Assembly (NCBI GenBank): GCA_035464675.1
Contig: DATHSA010000054.1
Location: 7,998-71,997, forward strand
Length of the DNA stretch: 64,000 bases
Source of the DNA: Acidimicrobiia bacterium
Lineage (GTDB): Bacteria > Actinomycetota > Acidimicrobiia > Spongiisociales > UBA11373
Direction: 5' to 3'
The notes beneath the pieces are model-generated. The model ran no database searches. It was not told the origin of the DNA and worked only from the letters and a program-made list of their open reading frames with translations. Shown piece after piece: positions 62,325 through 64,000 of the stretch. Position 1 is the first letter of the stretch, and each line of letters starts with the position of its first letter. The position numbers were made by a program, and so were the translations under genes.

Positions 62325-62361
62325 CTCGTTCCCCGTTTCCCGTTACCCGTTGCCCGTTACC
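62325..62361. repeat. Heptanucleotide tandem array CCCGTTN x5, overlapping a CDS 3' end
   Basis: ctcgttc cccgttt cccgtta cccgttg cccgtta cc. The minus-strand TAA at 62343-62345 and the last residues GVTGNG are encoded inside the array. Confidence 0.88.
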
Positions 62362-64000
62362 CCAGGCTCTGGCCCCCGAAGGCGCCTCCTGACGGCCATT
62401 GCGAGTAGCCCGATCAGGGTCAGCGCGGTCAGCCACTTCCCCGCCATCTCGGCCCAGGTGTCCGAGAAGCTGATCACCACGTGCTCTTGAGTGGGCACGA
62501 CGACCATCAGCGAGGGCGCCGCCCGGTACGGACCGTCGGCACCGTCGGCCTGCCAGTTGGGGAAGTAGGACACCTTCACGAGGTGAGGGACCCCGACTGC
62601 GGTGGTGTCGAACTCGATCCGATGGTCTTCGACCGAGATGTTCGTGATCGTCCCGGCCTCGAGGATCCGGGGCCGCGCCGTGGTCGCGACGTCGTCGATG
62701 CGCGGCCAATCGGATGGGCCGGTCTCGACCAGCCAGCGGTCGAGCGCATTGACGTCGTCGTACCACTCGAGCGCGGCGTCGTAGAACGAGGCGTCGCCGT
62801 CCCAGACGGCCGGGATGAAGGCGCCCGCCTCCACGAGCTGCGTCTCAGGCAGGGCGAACACCGTGAACGGCGGGCTCTCGGCGAGGACCTCGAGCCCGTA
62901 CTCCTCGGCTGCCCCGCGTGCCGTCTCCGTGTAGGACACGTAGTACTCGACGCCGTACACGTCGAGGTGACGGATCGCCCGGTCGAAGTTCATGCCGCGG
63001 TACTCGAGGCCCGAGACGGGATTCGAGGGCCGCTGGGAGACTTCGCTGGCATTGAGAAAGTGGAACGGCGTCGTCAGGGACGACTCGAAGAGGAGGCCCT
63101 CCATCGAGGGATGCCCCTCCGACCAGTACCCGGTGAGCATGAGCGCCATCGGCGTCCCGTAGCGGTTCATGTCGTTGTTCGCCTCCCACATGACCCGCCC
63201 TGGAGGCAGCGTATCGAGCTCCTGCATCAGGCCCTGGTACTCGGCCCACCTGTCGGTGTGGAGCACCCACTCCCCGTCTCCGGTGAGGGCGTACTCCTGC
63301 TTCCCCTCGTATCCCTCGTAGTTCCAGGCAGCCCAGTACGGGGTGCGTTGGATGCCGACGATTCCGGCGACGAGGAAGAAGATGGCCGCCGCACCGGCGG
63401 CGATCCATCTCGTCGCGTCACCCCCTCGCAATCGGCGGGCGATGGCGACGACGGCAGCACCGACGGCGATACCGGCGAGGAGATGGACGAAGTAGTACCA
63501 GTAGGGCAGGAGCCGGGCGTTGTAGAGCTTCCGGTAATCGATGAACTGGATCACGTAGTAGCCGGCGACCGGAAGGATCAGCATCGCAACGACCGGCGAT
63601 ATCGGATGGCGCCGCGCCACCGACCACACCAGTCCGGCGGCGGCGAGGACCACGAGTGGCCACAGCTCTCGCGGGAACACCTTGTCGATGCCTTCGACCG
63701 GGAACCACCCCATGTCCGAAGTGAGTCCCACCCGCGCAAGAAGGGGCACCGCCCAGAACGCGGCGATCCCGAAGCCGAGGGCCCAGGATCCGAGCACGGC
63801 AGAGGGGCCCTTCTTCCTGAACAGGAGCGGGATCGTCGCCAGGATGATCAGCCCCGTCGTGATGATGTGTGACATCGCCGTGAGAGCCAGAACCACGCCG
63901 GGCCCGATCGAGAAGCCCCGGCCCGAGTGGACGTTCTTCACGAGCATCCCCAGATAGACCATCGAGAGCGCAAAGGACCACGAGAAGGAGTACTCGCCGG
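62343..64000 (-). CDS. Large polytopic membrane protein with extracytoplasmic C-terminal domain (possible GT-C type glycosyltransferase), 5'-truncated by the window edge
   Basis: ORF 62343-63962. The frame stays open with TM-like sequence to nt 64000. About 10 TM helices plus a soluble domain of about 250 aa. Convergent with a GT2 polyprenol-phosphate sugar synthase. Confidence 0.6.
   Translation of the reverse strand, partial: GEYSFSWSFALSMVYLGMLVKNVHSGRGFSIGPGVVLALTAMSHIITTGLIILATIPLLFRKKGPSAVLGSWALGFGIAAFWAVPLLARVGLTSDMGWFPVEGIDKVFPRELWPLVVLAAAGLVWSVARRHPISPVVAMLILPVAGYYVIQFIDYRKLYNARLLPYWYYFVHLLAGIAVGAAVVAIARRLRGGDATRWIAAGAAAIFFLVAGIVGIQRTPYWAAWNYEGYEGKQEYALTGDGEWVLHTDRWAEYQGLMQELDTLPPGRVMWEANNDMNRYGTPMALMLTGYWSEGHPSMEGLLFESSLTTPFHFLNASEVSQRPSNPVSGLEYRGMNFDRAIRHLDVYGVEYYVSYTETARGAAEEYGLEVLAESPPFTVFALPETQLVEAGAFIPAVWDGDASFYDAALEWYDDVNALDRWLVETGPSDWPRIDDVATTARPRILEAGTITNISVEDHRIEFDTTAVGVPHLVKVSYFPNWQADGADGPYRAAPSLMVVVPTQEHVVISFSDTWAEMAGKWLTALTLIGLLAMAVRRRLRGPEPGVTGNG

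Overview
This is a visibly high-GC chromosomal core region. I did not compute GC content or run any homology search; every call rests on reading the ORF translations and the DNA by eye. Gene content and order look actinobacterial, possibly Acidimicrobiia-like, which is an inference.

The window is dominated by housekeeping genes, mostly on the minus strand:
- rsfS-nadD, obg-rpmA-rplU-rne, and tdk
- The cell-shape operon mreB-mreC-mreD-mrdA-rodA
- ndk, folC-valS, and tig-clpP-clpX, preceded by a tRNA cluster (Lys-Leu-Gly-Arg-pseudoHis-His, with a divergent Pro)
- rph-rdgB, two ABC-2 exporters, azlCD and thiI
- ssrA-smpB-ftsX-ftsE-prfB, where prfB carries the classical +1 frameshift site
- secA, hpf, comF, ahcY, and a mannose-activation cluster (PMM, Trm112-like, PGI/PMI, GT2)

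No CRISPR array, integrase, transposase or recognisable defence system is present.

The most unusual signal is non-coding. At least a dozen intergenic spacers carry short tandem arrays with a strict 7-nt period but different units (CCCGTTN, GGCGACG, CAGTCAC, TTGCCAA, CGAATCG, CGCAATA, CGGAGGG). These arrays are often paired with GC-rich GAA/CGA-triloop hairpins that abut stop codons, and are sometimes arranged as inverted arrays. Two copies of a CGAGCGAAGCGAG-core hairpin show compensatory outer-stem changes.

Coding-side candidates are:
- A translationally coupled DUF885 / BNR-propeller / MoaD-CysO-like operon, in which the ubiquitin-like protein continues 18 aa beyond its GG
- A MoxR-VWA(CoxE-like)-CheY-degenerate M23 block inserted between obg and nadD
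- A cupredoxin-like lipoprotein paired with a polytopic membrane protein that has a predicted N-terminal His

There are several apparent frame disruptions: the HTH ORF in the tRNA cluster, a membrane protein at about 28.5 kb, a decayed small secreted protein at about 35.9 kb, and folC lacking a canonical start. These could be real decay or assembly indels.
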